Virus record (IMG/VR): IMGVR_UViG_3300037515_000383
Location: 1-24,916 of that record
DNA length: 24,916 bases
From: a virus
Lineage: Duplodnaviria > Caudoviricetes
Direction: 5' to 3' (one strand)
This document shows, piece by piece, positions 13,971 to 21,805 of the stretch (within the stretch, counting starts at the first letter, position 1; every line of letters begins with the position of its first letter). The notes under the pieces were generated by a model. The model was not told the origin of the DNA, ran no database searches, and was given only the letters and a program-made list of their open reading frames with translations. A program made the translations under genes and the position numbers.

Positions 13971-14075
13971 TACCCTGCACCCCGCCCGGGCCGCCGCTTC
14001 CACGCCCCCCGCGCCCCCAAGTCGCCATTCGTCACCCGCGATGCCTCCGCGTCCATGCCGGTATCTCTGCCGCCC

Positions 14076-15008
14076 CTACCCAGCCTTGGCCCTGAGCTCG
14101 GCGATCTCGGGATCGGTGAGCGGGCGCCCCGAGAACTTGCAGCACCACCTCCCGCCCTCGCCGATCTTGACGCCCGCCGGCAACCCCGGATCATGCCCGC
14201 GTTTCAGGCTCGCCTCGACCCATGATACCGGATCGGCCCGCTTCTCCGATTGACACGCCCCGATCAGATTCACCACCCGCTGAGCGTCGTCCTCCGCGGA
14301 CTTGAGCCAGCGGCCCATGAGCGCCCTGAGCTTCCCAGGCGGTTTCCCCTCGAGCTTCGCCAGCCAGTCGAGGCACTGGCCGAACAGCAGCGCCCGCCAG
14401 TCTCCGTTCGGCGGTCGCAGCATCGCCAGCGGGATTTCCAGCGTCGAATCCAGTCCCACCGTTCCCGGGGGTTTCTCACGTTCGCTTGCTTTCAAGCTCG
14501 AAGGCGCGCCAGCGCTCGTCGAAGATCCCGACCGAAGGGAGGGATCTGAGACGGAAGGTTCTGGTTGTGAAGGTGAAGGTGAAGGTGCATCGATTTGCCT
14601 ATGGCTAATTGATGGCTCTGCTATAGCACTGCCATTGGGTGTGCCATTAGGTATGCCATCTTTTTGCCATCGTCTTTCCGCCCCCTTCTTGCCTGCCTCT
14701 ACCTTCGCTTTTATGTTGCACAGGGCCTTGGCGAGTTCCTGGTCCACTCTCTTATGCCGGAGAACCCCAGCCTCACACTGGAACAAGCGGATGATCTTAG
14801 GCCGCAGCGCGAGCCATTCCTTCTTGCTATCGCAGCACGCGATGCGCCAGAGTTCGTCATCATCGTCGTTTAGGGGCTGGCCGGTGCACCAGTAGTGCTT
14901 TATCAGCATGAGATAGGCCCCATGGCCGGTCGCATTCAAATGGCCGGTGTCACGGGCGTAATCGCCCCAATACATAGGCATCCAGGTGTCCGGTCTTGCG
15001 CCGCTCAT
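14076..15008 (-). CDS. Replication initiator, DUF1376/YdaU-like
   Basis: WMPMYWGDY..DT.HL....HGAYLMLI..YW, L.HKRV..EL and AGKKGAERRW motifs; adjacent to DnaB. Confidence 0.85.
   Translation of the reverse strand: MSGARPDTWMPMYWGDYARDTGHLNATGHGAYLMLIKHYWCTGQPLNDDDDELWRIACCDSKKEWLALRPKIIRLFQCEAGVLRHKRVDQELAKALCNIKAKVEAGKKGAERRWQKDGIPNGTPNGSAIAEPSISHRQIDAPSPSPSQPEPSVSDPSLRSGSSTSAGAPSSLKASEREKPPGTVGLDSTLEIPLAMLRPPNGDWRALLFGQCLDWLAKLEGKPPGKLRALMGRWLKSAEDDAQRVVNLIGACQSEKRADPVSWVEASLKRGHDPGLPAGVKIGEGGRWCCKFSGRPLTDPEIAELRAKAG
14619..14670. repeat. Iteron-like TGCCAT repeats inside the initiator gene (probable ori)
   Basis: TGCTAT at 14619; TGCCAT at 14630, 14642, 14654 and 14665 (11-12 bp period) in an AT-richer patch; GTGAAG x3 at 14567-14587. 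Confidence 0.55.
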
Positions 15009-16444
15009 AACCCCCCCACCAAGTCCATGCCGGCCCGCCCTTCTTCCTCGCCGCGGCGCTCCAGGTCGGTAATCAGGCTTCTCGAATCGTCATAGAACAC
15101 CCTGCGCCAGCCGGTCGGTCCCATGCGGTTCTTCGCCACCCCGAGATCAAGGAGATGGCGTACCTTGTCCATGCGCTCCTCCCATGCCGCGTGCTCGGAT
15201 TCGTTGGTCCGGTCCGGCTCGGTCTGGCGGAGGTAGTATTCCTCGCGGTAGAGGAACATCACGATGTCGGCGTCCTGTTCTATCGATCCCGATTCCCGCA
15301 GATCCGAGAGCCGGGGGCGCTTGTCGTCGCGGCTCTCCACCGCCCGGGAAAGTTGGGAAAGCCCAACCACAGGCACGTCGAGTTCGTTTGCCAGGGCCTT
15401 GATATCCCGGGTGATCTCGGTGACTTCCAGGACGCGGTTCTCCCGTGGCCGGAGGGGTCGGACCAACTGCATGTAGTCGATCACCAGGAGCGCGATCCGG
15501 TCCTTCTGCCTGAGCCTCCTGGCCCGGGCCCGGACCTGTTCGATGGTGGCCCGCTCGGTGCAATCGAGCGCGATGGGGAGGGCCGCCAGGGAGGTCCTGG
15601 CCTCCACCAGCCGGGAGAAGTCGTTGTCGGTGAGGTCGCCCTTTCGCATCTTGTCCGTGGATATCCCCGTCCGGCGGGCGAACAAGCGCTGGGCGATCTG
15701 GCTCCCCTTCATTTCAAGAGAGACGATTAACACCGGATTCCCGGCGGTGGCGACATTGTGGGCGATGGCGCAGGCGAGCTCGGTCTTGCCCATGGACGTG
15801 CGGCCGGCGATGACGACGAACTGCCCGCCCTGCAACCCCCCGATCAACCCGTCCAGGGCCTTCAACCCGGTGGACAGGCCGACGATCCTGCCTTCGTTCT
15901 GGTAGGCGTCCTGGGCCGCTTCGAGGGCCTCCGCGGCGTAGCCCCCGAGCGATCCGATCTCCGTCCGGTGCGGCCCCTCGGTCAGTCCCTCGATGTCGGA
16001 GACGTGAAGGGACAGGGCCTCGCGGAAGTCCGGCCAGGCGGCCGGGTCCGCCGCCTTCTCGGCCAGTTCCTCAGCCATGATGAGGGCTTGGCGCCGCTGC
16101 CATGAATCGTATACGGCAAGGCCGTAGCTCTTGAGCCCGATCACGGAAGGCGTCGAGCCCACCAGCCGGACGAGATATTTGGCGCCCCCGGCCTCCTTGA
16201 GCGATTCGTCGTGCTCGAAGGCCGGCCTGAGCGTCAGCGGGTTGGCTACCTGCCCATCCCTGATCTGTGCCGCGATGGCCTTGTAGATTCGTCCGTGGAC
16301 CGGCTCGTGGAAATGCTCCGGCCGGAGATAGCCGGACACCACCGGGAAGGCGTCGTTATTCAGCATCAGCGCACCGAGGACGGCCTGCTCGGCCTCATGG
16401 TGGTGGGGCACCTCGCCCATGGGTCTGGGGTCGGTGGCGGTCAT
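15005..16444 (-). CDS. dnaB: Replicative DNA helicase DnaB
   Basis: EAEQAVLG, Walker A GRTSMGKT, SLEM, VIDYMQL, LSQLSR, DLRESGSIEQDAD, KNRMGP; ATGA-coupled start at 16444. Confidence 0.96.
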   Translation of the reverse strand: MTATDPRPMGEVPHHHEAEQAVLGALMLNNDAFPVVSGYLRPEHFHEPVHGRIYKAIAAQIRDGQVANPLTLRPAFEHDESLKEAGGAKYLVRLVGSTPSVIGLKSYGLAVYDSWQRRQALIMAEELAEKAADPAAWPDFREALSLHVSDIEGLTEGPHRTEIGSLGGYAAEALEAAQDAYQNEGRIVGLSTGLKALDGLIGGLQGGQFVVIAGRTSMGKTELACAIAHNVATAGNPVLIVSLEMKGSQIAQRLFARRTGISTDKMRKGDLTDNDFSRLVEARTSLAALPIALDCTERATIEQVRARARRLRQKDRIALLVIDYMQLVRPLRPRENRVLEVTEITRDIKALANELDVPVVGLSQLSRAVESRDDKRPRLSDLRESGSIEQDADIVMFLYREEYYLRQTEPDRTNESEHAAWEERMDKVRHLLDLGVAKNRMGPTGWRRVFYDDSRSLITDLERRGEEEGRAGMDLVGGL

Positions 16445-16953
16445 GCGGTCGCCCTGCTGGACAAAGGCGTTTTGGATTCCGATTGGGGGCCGGGCCCGGG
16501 CAGCGTGAAGACCCAGCGGCCGGCCGCGTCCCGCTCGGCCCCGACGCCGTGATCCTCTTGGAGCCGGCGCACCAGCCACGGAATCGAGGCGGGGTCGCAC
16601 TCGATGGCGCTCGCGAGGGCATCGGCGTCGACGATGGCCGTTCCGCCCGCGTCCGCGATGACGCGGATGAAGTCCAAGGCCTCTGCCGGCAGGTCCGGCC
16701 CGTTGGCCCCGGGGCTTTCGCCGGCTTCTTCCGCGGCTTGCGCGGGCGGCGCATCGATCTCTTGGACGACGCGCTCGATGTCCAGAGGGCGGGGCACTTC
16801 GACATGCACGATCTCGCGGGTGCCGCCCAGCACGAAATCGGCCATCCGCTCGGCCAGCGCCAGCATTTGCCCGTCTTCCTCGGGGCCGGGGTGCCGCTCG
16901 AGCGCGATCTTGAGGCACTCGGCCCGGATCGCCTGGGGGGTGGGGGCTGTCAT
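16441..16953 (-). CDS. Hypothetical protein, possible C-terminal wHTH
   Basis: ATGA overlaps at both ends; LASAIEC....IPWLVRRL...G pattern. Confidence 0.65.
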   Translation of the reverse strand: MTAPTPQAIRAECLKIALERHPGPEEDGQMLALAERMADFVLGGTREIVHVEVPRPLDIERVVQEIDAPPAQAAEEAGESPGANGPDLPAEALDFIRVIADAGGTAIVDADALASAIECDPASIPWLVRRLQEDHGVGAERDAAGRWVFTLPGPGPQSESKTPLSSRATA

Positions 16954-17549
16954 GTGACCCCCCCGAATTTGCCAACTTCATAGCCGAATGCGTCCCAGCC
17001 CCTGCGGCGGGAGCGGGCGAATAGTTCCAGATAAGGGCCCTCAACGAGTCGCTCTATACGTTCGTAGATGCAGTCTGGCTTGCGGGAGTGCTCTCGGCGC
17101 GGTTCCAGAATCGCTTGGCGGACATCGGCGTTGACGCGCTTGGGGCGGCCGCGCGTTCCCAAAAGACAGACTTCCGAGTTGGCCCGCGTCCAATATCCGC
17201 AGCCCATTTGGTCGCGCATGTCGTCGGGGAAAAGTGGAAGCGCGTTGCCCTTGAACCACGCGAAGGCGCAGGTCTTGTAAACGAAGCCCCATGCATCCAT
17301 GACCATGAATGCATCATCAAGCATCGGCCAGGAAACCCATAGAAACAAACATGAATCCGTGGCACTGACGTCGCCCACGGGCAGCGCGCAAATATCCTCG
17401 GTTGCCATCGTGGTATAGTGCATCGGCATTCCCTTGGGCGTGCGCCAATCCGGGCATTTCTGGCGCCCGTTCTCGTTGTATGTGGCGAAGTGCCACGGCG
17501 GGTCCGCTAGGATGGCGCCGTATCGCAAGGCTTGGGTATCGACGGTCAT
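16950..17549 (-). CDS. MT-A70 family N6-adenine methyltransferase
   Basis: ILADPPW, LFLWV, WGF.YKT, G.GYWTRANSE.CL and REHSRKP...LELFAR motifs. Confidence 0.93.
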   Translation of the reverse strand: MTVDTQALRYGAILADPPWHFATYNENGRQKCPDWRTPKGMPMHYTTMATEDICALPVGDVSATDSCLFLWVSWPMLDDAFMVMDAWGFVYKTCAFAWFKGNALPLFPDDMRDQMGCGYWTRANSEVCLLGTRGRPKRVNADVRQAILEPRREHSRKPDCIYERIERLVEGPYLELFARSRRRGWDAFGYEVGKFGGVT

Positions 17550-17875
17550 CCCCCCTCCCCCGCCAGCAGTGTCTCCACCGCCTCCTTCACCCGGGCTGTC
17601 TCGGCACCGATATCGCCTTCATTCGAGAGGCGCGCGGCGAAGGCATGGGTCCCGTAGATGATGGTGGTGTGGTCGCGCCGCCCGAAGTGGAACCCGATTA
17701 CGCCGTAGGACTTCCCGGCGTGGTGGCGGCACATCCAGTAGGCCATCTGACGGGGCCATGCGATAGTGCGCCGGCGGGAATGGCCCTCGAGCTCCTCGAC
17801 GCTGACGCCGCAGGACTCGGCCACGGCCTGCTTGATGGTGCGGAGGGTGGGTCGGGTCATGTCTGCGACGATCAT
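17546..17875 (-). CDS. Stand-alone DnaA C-terminal (domain IV) HTH protein
   Basis: I...VA...GVS.EEL....R...IAWPRQMA.W....S...IG..FG.RDHTTII; ATGA-coupled. Confidence 0.88.
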   Translation of the reverse strand: MIVADMTRPTLRTIKQAVAESCGVSVEELEGHSRRRTIAWPRQMAYWMCRHHAGKSYGVIGFHFGRRDHTTIIYGTHAFAARLSNEGDIGAETARVKEAVETLLAGEGG

Positions 17876-18390
17876 GCCGCCCCCTTCGCGAACAAGGGCG
17901 TTGCGGCCTCGAGGCGGAAACCCTTGTCGAACCGGGCCTTGGTGTAGGCCCACACCGCGGCGGCATCGGCGGCGTTGTGGTCGGGCACGTCCCAGCCCAG
18001 CATCCGGCACCGGCCCATGACGGCTTCCTTGGGCTTTGCCGGCCGGCCGGCGCCGACGAAATGAGCCCGCACCGTCTGGATATGGGCGGAGAAGTAGGCG
18101 ACGTTGCGCGAGGTCGCCATCATCTCGCACATCGCGCCGAGTCCGATCAGGAGCGTCCCAGTGTTCTTGTTCATCGGGACGTTGCCGAAGATCGGCGCCT
18201 CGTAGGCCACCAGCCCCACGTCATGGGCGCCGATCATCTCGTAAAGCCATTCGGAGAAGCGGAGGAAGGAAAGCCCCCGCGCCGATCCCTTCGACGCGAG
18301 GGTGTAGGTGCCCGCTATCGGCGGACAGGTGTTCGGCCCGTCCACCGCAAACCCGGACCTTGTGGCGAGATCGAGCGCGAGCACCCGCAT
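17872..18390 (-). CDS. RuvC-like Holliday junction resolvase
   Basis: VLALDLATRSGFA, VAYEAP and DHNAADAAAV acidic catalytic pattern. Confidence 0.8.
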   Translation of the reverse strand: MRVLALDLATRSGFAVDGPNTCPPIAGTYTLASKGSARGLSFLRFSEWLYEMIGAHDVGLVAYEAPIFGNVPMNKNTGTLLIGLGAMCEMMATSRNVAYFSAHIQTVRAHFVGAGRPAKPKEAVMGRCRMLGWDVPDHNAADAAAVWAYTKARFDKGFRLEAATPLFAKGAA

Positions 18391-18408
18391 CGATCTTCCC
18401 CCCTTTGG

Positions 18409-18849
18409 CTAATGCGTGGTGGCGTCCGCCTGTTCGGTTTCGGTGTCGTGCGCCGCCGTCTTCTCTTTCAGGAAATTCGGGCGCGGGTCGTCCTTCTCGC
18501 CCTCGCCGCGCTCAGGGTCCTTGAAGAGGTCCGCCTGGTGGCCGATGCCGCGGGCCATGAACTGCTCATGGACGGCGTCCATGTAGGCGTCCCGGTCCTC
18601 GCCGTCCTTCTCGGCGATGCGCTGGGCGTAGTTGAACGCCTCGACCGAGATTCCGGCGTCCTTGAGCCGCTGGCGGATGTCGCCTGCCCGCTCGTTGAGC
18701 TCCTGGCGCTCGGCCTTGATCGCGCGCATCCCGGCGGCGCACTCGTTGGTGATTTCGGCCCGGGCTTTGAGGTTGTGGCCGAGCCGCGTTCCTTGCGCGC
18801 CCAGATCCTCGGCCTCCGCCTTCTTGCTTCTGCGTGTCCTTCGTGCCAT
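18409..18849 (-). CDS. GapR/DUF2312-like DNA-binding protein
   Basis: GHN...I.AERQELNE...DI...LKD.GI...AF....RI...D..DR pattern; AAGGAG SD before ATG 18849. Confidence 0.65.
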   Translation of the reverse strand: MARRTRRSKKAEAEDLGAQGTRLGHNLKARAEITNECAAGMRAIKAERQELNERAGDIRQRLKDAGISVEAFNYAQRIAEKDGEDRDAYMDAVHEQFMARGIGHQADLFKDPERGEGEKDDPRPNFLKEKTAAHDTETEQADATTH

Positions 18850-18913
18850 CGGAGTGTTCTCCTTCAAAGAGTTGGTCCGGCGCTTCGGGGCGCGGCGCGC
18901 CGGGGTCCGCTGC

Positions 18914-19123
18914 CTAGCCGGGGGTGCGGCTTGCCCCTGCGCCATCCCGCCCCGAGGTAGGGAAAAGGCTGGGCGGCGGTTCCGTTCTGTAGATGCCGTC
19001 GGGGTGCAGAAACTCGGTGGCAAATTTCCCCGACGCGATCTTGCGCCGCCGTTCCATCGGGCGGAGCCGCAAGAAGCCGGCGGAAATCCCCGTAGCCTCA
19101 GCGTAGGTGACGAGTCGGCTCAT
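18914..19123 (-). CDS. Hypothetical protein, 69 aa
   Basis: ATGA-coupled to the upstream gene. Confidence 0.5.
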   Translation of the reverse strand: MSRLVTYAEATGISAGFLRLRPMERRRKIASGKFATEFLHPDGIYRTEPPPSLFPTSGRDGAGASRTPG

Positions 19124-19269
19124 CGCATCGTTTCCATCCAATCCGCGAATCCAGCCATGGGGCCATCGCCACGCAGCGCATCCACGGCCATGAAAGCGCC
19201 GCCCACGACGGCCCCGCCGATGAGGATGGCGAGCCAGAGATGCAGGGCAAGGCGGAGGTAGCGGGTCAT
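19120..19269 (-). CDS. Small membrane protein, 49 aa
   Basis: ATGA overlaps at both ends; single hydrophobic helix LALHLWLAILIGGAVVGGAFMAV. Confidence 0.6.
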   Translation of the reverse strand: MTRYLRLALHLWLAILIGGAVVGGAFMAVDALRGDGPMAGFADWMETMR

Positions 19270-19604
19270 GGCTTCCGCTCCATCAAATCGCGGTACGCCG
19301 CGAACAGCCCGTGCAACTCGCGCTCGAACGCCGGGTCCAGGTCGGCCTCCATTTGCAGGACGCGGCGGACATAGGCTTTCAGCGTCGGGCATTGCTGGGC
19401 GGCGCGCAGGAACGCCACCACGCCGGGAAGGTTCTTCCCCTCGTAATGGCCCTTCGCGGTGCGGGCGTTGGAATCCTCGATCTGCGCGAGCCGCTTCCGC
19501 GCGTCACGCTCGGCGCCGAGGTCGATCACCACGGCGCGCTGGAACTCGCCCAGCACTTCGTCGTAGGTGAGCGGTGGCGGCGCGAGCGCGAGCGCCGCGG
19601 TCAT
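19266..19604 (-). CDS. Hypothetical regulator (CII-position, HTH-like)
   Basis: AAGGA SD and ATGA coupling; KRLAQ....N.RTAK.HYEGKNLP HTH-like pattern. Confidence 0.6.
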   Translation of the reverse strand: MTAALALAPPPLTYDEVLGEFQRAVVIDLGAERDARKRLAQIEDSNARTAKGHYEGKNLPGVVAFLRAAQQCPTLKAYVRRVLQMEADLDPAFERELHGLFAAYRDLMERKP

Positions 19605-19981
19605 CGCGCTGTCCTTCCGGGGCCGAGATTTTCCGCCCGTCCCTGGGTGAAACCGCTTGACGCGATTTCCGGGCGACTGTGGCATAGGCTCTCTCCATGA
19701 TGGTTGTCATGGGAGGGAAACGACGCATCGAAGCCCCGCGCGGCGGCAACCACGTGGGGCGAATCACCGAAAGCATTGTCGTAAGGATCGGGCTCGGGCG
19801 CGGAGAACAGTTTGCCGAGCCCGGCCAAAGTGTCGAAGAACGTGGCAATGGGAACGGCGCCGCCGGTATTATCCAGCAGCGCCGCCCCGGCCCGCATCGC
19901 CCTGTGAAGGACGCGGGCCATCCCCCCCAGGACCAGCTCCGGGAGATCAGCGGCGCGGTCGAACGAGGGGGAAGAAATCAT
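19601..19981 (-). CDS. Hypothetical protein, 126 aa
   Basis: ATGA overlap with cro upstream and with the next gene downstream. Confidence 0.5.
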   Translation of the reverse strand: MISSPSFDRAADLPELVLGGMARVLHRAMRAGAALLDNTGGAVPIATFFDTLAGLGKLFSAPEPDPYDNAFGDSPHVVAAARGFDASFPSHDNHHGESLCHSRPEIASSGFTQGRAENLGPGRTAR

Positions 19982-20199
19982 GCGGCCTCCGGGCTGGGGG
20001 CCGGCTCTAACGGGTAAATATCGGGTCGAAGCTCATGCCGAGGAATTCCGGTAACCCTTTCTATTTCAATGACTCTTTCGGCCGGGACCTTCCCTCGTTC
20101 CCATTTGCACAGAGCTGGGGGTGTCACCCCAAGCCGAGCGGCCAAATCGGCCTGCGTTAGCTCGGCCTCCCTTCGATATCGAATGAGTGCGCTTTCCAT
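19978..20199 (-). CDS. cro: Cro-like repressor (YdaS/XRE HTH)
   Basis: LTQADLAARLGVT..A.CKWE..VPAER...IE..TGI.RHELRPDIY; divergent from cI. Confidence 0.9.
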   Translation of the reverse strand: MESALIRYRREAELTQADLAARLGVTPPALCKWERGKVPAERVIEIERVTGIPRHELRPDIYPLEPAPSPEAA

Positions 20200-20260
20200 A
20201 CTGGAATGGTTTCCATATCGGAAACTGTGTGTCAAGCATTAAGATTTCCAGTCCGGCCAT
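20192..20260. promoter_or_regulatory. OR-like operators (17-bp TTTCC-N5-GGAAA) and PR-like -35 (TTGACA, minus strand, 20235-20230)
   Basis: CTTTCCATACTGGAATG 20192-20208; GTTTCCATATCGGAAAC 20209-20225; degenerate ATTTCCAGTCCGGCCAT 20244-20260. Confidence 0.85.
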
Positions 20261-20288
20261 TTGGCGGTTCGGGGCCAAGGGTTAAGAT
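20261..20288 (+). promoter_or_regulatory. PRM-like promoter giving a probably leaderless cI mRNA
   Basis: TTGGCG-16 bp-TAAGAT; predicted +1 falls on the ATG at 20295; no SD. Confidence 0.6.
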
Positions 20289-20294
20289 TAACCT

Positions 20295-20612
20295 ATGGTT
20301 ACTAGAATCGGCCCCCGGCGCCCCTTCCGGCTCTACATCAGGGAATGGATCGAGCATAAGGAGCTCGAGCAGAAACAAGTTGCCGAGCGGATGGGCTGTG
20401 AACCCGGCACTCTCTCTAAGCTGATTTCCGGCAAAATGCGCCGTACAGACGAATGGCTGGCCGCCATCGCCTACGCCCTCGATATTGACGTGGAGCGGCT
20501 ATTCCAGGACCCGAATTTGCCTACCCAAGAGGACCTCTTGCGAGGGCTCCCTGAGGAAAAGCGGAAGGAAGTTACCCGGGTAATCCGGGTTCTCACCGGA
20601 ACCGACGCCTGA
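20295..20612 (+). CDS. cI: CI-like XRE repressor without S24 peptidase domain
   Basis: YIREW....L.QKQVAERMG...GTLSKL.SGK......L.AIA.AL; only 105 aa. Confidence 0.85.
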   Translation: MVTRIGPRRPFRLYIREWIEHKELEQKQVAERMGCEPGTLSKLISGKMRRTDEWLAAIAYALDIDVERLFQDPNLPTQEDLLRGLPEEKRKEVTRVIRVLTGTDA

Positions 20613-20617
20613 CAGAA

Positions 20618-20670
20618 ATTTCCGGTTCGGAAACTTTTTGCTTGACTATCTGATTTCCGTAATGGAAACT
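20618..20670 (+). promoter_or_regulatory. OL-like operators and PL-like promoter
   Basis: ATTTCCGGTTCGGAAAC 20618-20634 and ATTTCCGTAATGGAAAC 20653-20669 flank TTGACT at 20642-20647. Confidence 0.85.
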
Positions 20671-20700
20671 GCCCCCATCGTACTAACCGGAGATGGGGCC

Positions 20701-20973
20701 ATGCCCGCCACCCTCGACAACTTCCGCGGCATCAACGCCGACACCAGCGGCCCCGTTCAGGGCTTCGGCCCGGGGAAGGCGCTGGGCTTCTGCACCCCGT
20801 TCTGGTCTTTCATCCCGGCCCAGGTCGGCCCCGGCACGGTGGCCAGCCTTGAGGCGAAGGGGCTGATCGAGACCCACAACGGCGTCGGAACGCCCGAGGC
20901 GGACCCCGACCAATGGCGCCTCACCGCGCCGGGGCTGCGCGCGCTGGCCGATGCGCGGGAACACGCAGCCTAA
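20701..20973 (+). CDS. Small wHTH-like protein, 90 aa
   Basis: GGAG SD; TVASLEAKGLIE...WRLTAPG wing motif. Confidence 0.7.
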   Translation: MPATLDNFRGINADTSGPVQGFGPGKALGFCTPFWSFIPAQVGPGTVASLEAKGLIETHNGVGTPEADPDQWRLTAPGLRALADAREHAA

Positions 20974-21275
20974 TGACACCCGCCATGCTCAACCCGAAGG
21001 CCCACGATCCCCACCCGGGGGCCGATGAGGCCGAGGCCCTGCCGCTCCACCGCGATCCCGACCGGATCCTGACCTTCGCGCGCTTCCACTGGACGGGGGT
21101 ACCGCACTGGGTCCCGCCGGACATCCTCGAGGCGCTGCGCGACGAGGGGCTTGTGGAGGTCGCGCTCGACACCTTCGACAACGGGCACGGGGACCTGGAC
21201 GTGATGCAGCGCTGGCGCCTGACCCGCAAGGGCCACGTCCGGCAGGGCAGGATCAAGGCGCGGGGGAACGACTAG
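20973..21275 (+). CDS. Small wHTH-like protein, 100 aa
   Basis: TAATG coupling; ILEALRDEGLVE...WRLTRKG. Confidence 0.7.
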   Translation: MTPAMLNPKAHDPHPGADEAEALPLHRDPDRILTFARFHWTGVPHWVPPDILEALRDEGLVEVALDTFDNGHGDLDVMQRWRLTRKGHVRQGRIKARGND

Positions 21276-21626
21276 GTGCCCGACATCCACAACGACATCT
21301 TCCTCGTCATGGCCCGCGAATCGGCGGCGCTTGGCGATCTTGTTTCAGGGCTCGTGCCGGTTCCCGAAAGGACAGCCGGCATGGGAGAGGGCGGCGGCAG
21401 CGCTGAAAGCAGAAGCGCTCGATCTGTGCGGTGGTTCAGCCGGGATAGCGACCCGACGCCAGCGCAGATCGGCGGTAACGGGGCTGAAGGACCAAGGGTA
21501 TCCATGGACCCCCTCCCCACCGACAGCCGGAGTAGCGCCAGGCCCGCCGCCCTCACCTGTTTCCACTGCCGCGCCTGGCCGTGCCGGTGCGGGGTGCCCG
21601 CCGAGAGCCCGCCGGAGGCCGCATGA
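21276..21626 (+). CDS. Hypothetical protein with C-terminal CxxC/CxC
   Basis: Abuts the upstream stop; ATGA-coupled downstream; low-complexity middle. Confidence 0.4.
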   Translation: MPDIHNDIFLVMARESAALGDLVSGLVPVPERTAGMGEGGGSAESRSARSVRWFSRDSDPTPAQIGGNGAEGPRVSMDPLPTDSRSSARPAALTCFHCRAWPCRCGVPAESPPEAA

Positions 21627-21805
21627 CCCACCGCCCCGCCCCCGCCGATCTCGACCGCTCGCTCCTTGACCGCTGCATGGAGGCGCAGATGCGCCGCAAC
21701 CATGTGCCCGAGCGGAAGAAGCACGGACCCCTTTGGGCGTGGATCGTCGCGCCGTTTCTGACGGCTCTCAGCATGGCCGTCCTGATCGGAGAACTGGTGA
21801 AATGA
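21623..21805 (+). CDS. Small membrane protein, 60 aa
   Basis: GGAGG SD; ATGA overlaps; C-terminal hydrophobic helix. Confidence 0.6.
   Translation: MTHRPAPADLDRSLLDRCMEAQMRRNHVPERKKHGPLWAWIVAPFLTALSMAVLIGELVK

Noticed and set aside
16445-17044. 200-aa N-terminal extension of DnaB in the ORF track
   Set aside because: Arg-rich alternative-frame sequence overlapping real genes; the ATGA-coupled start is at 16444.
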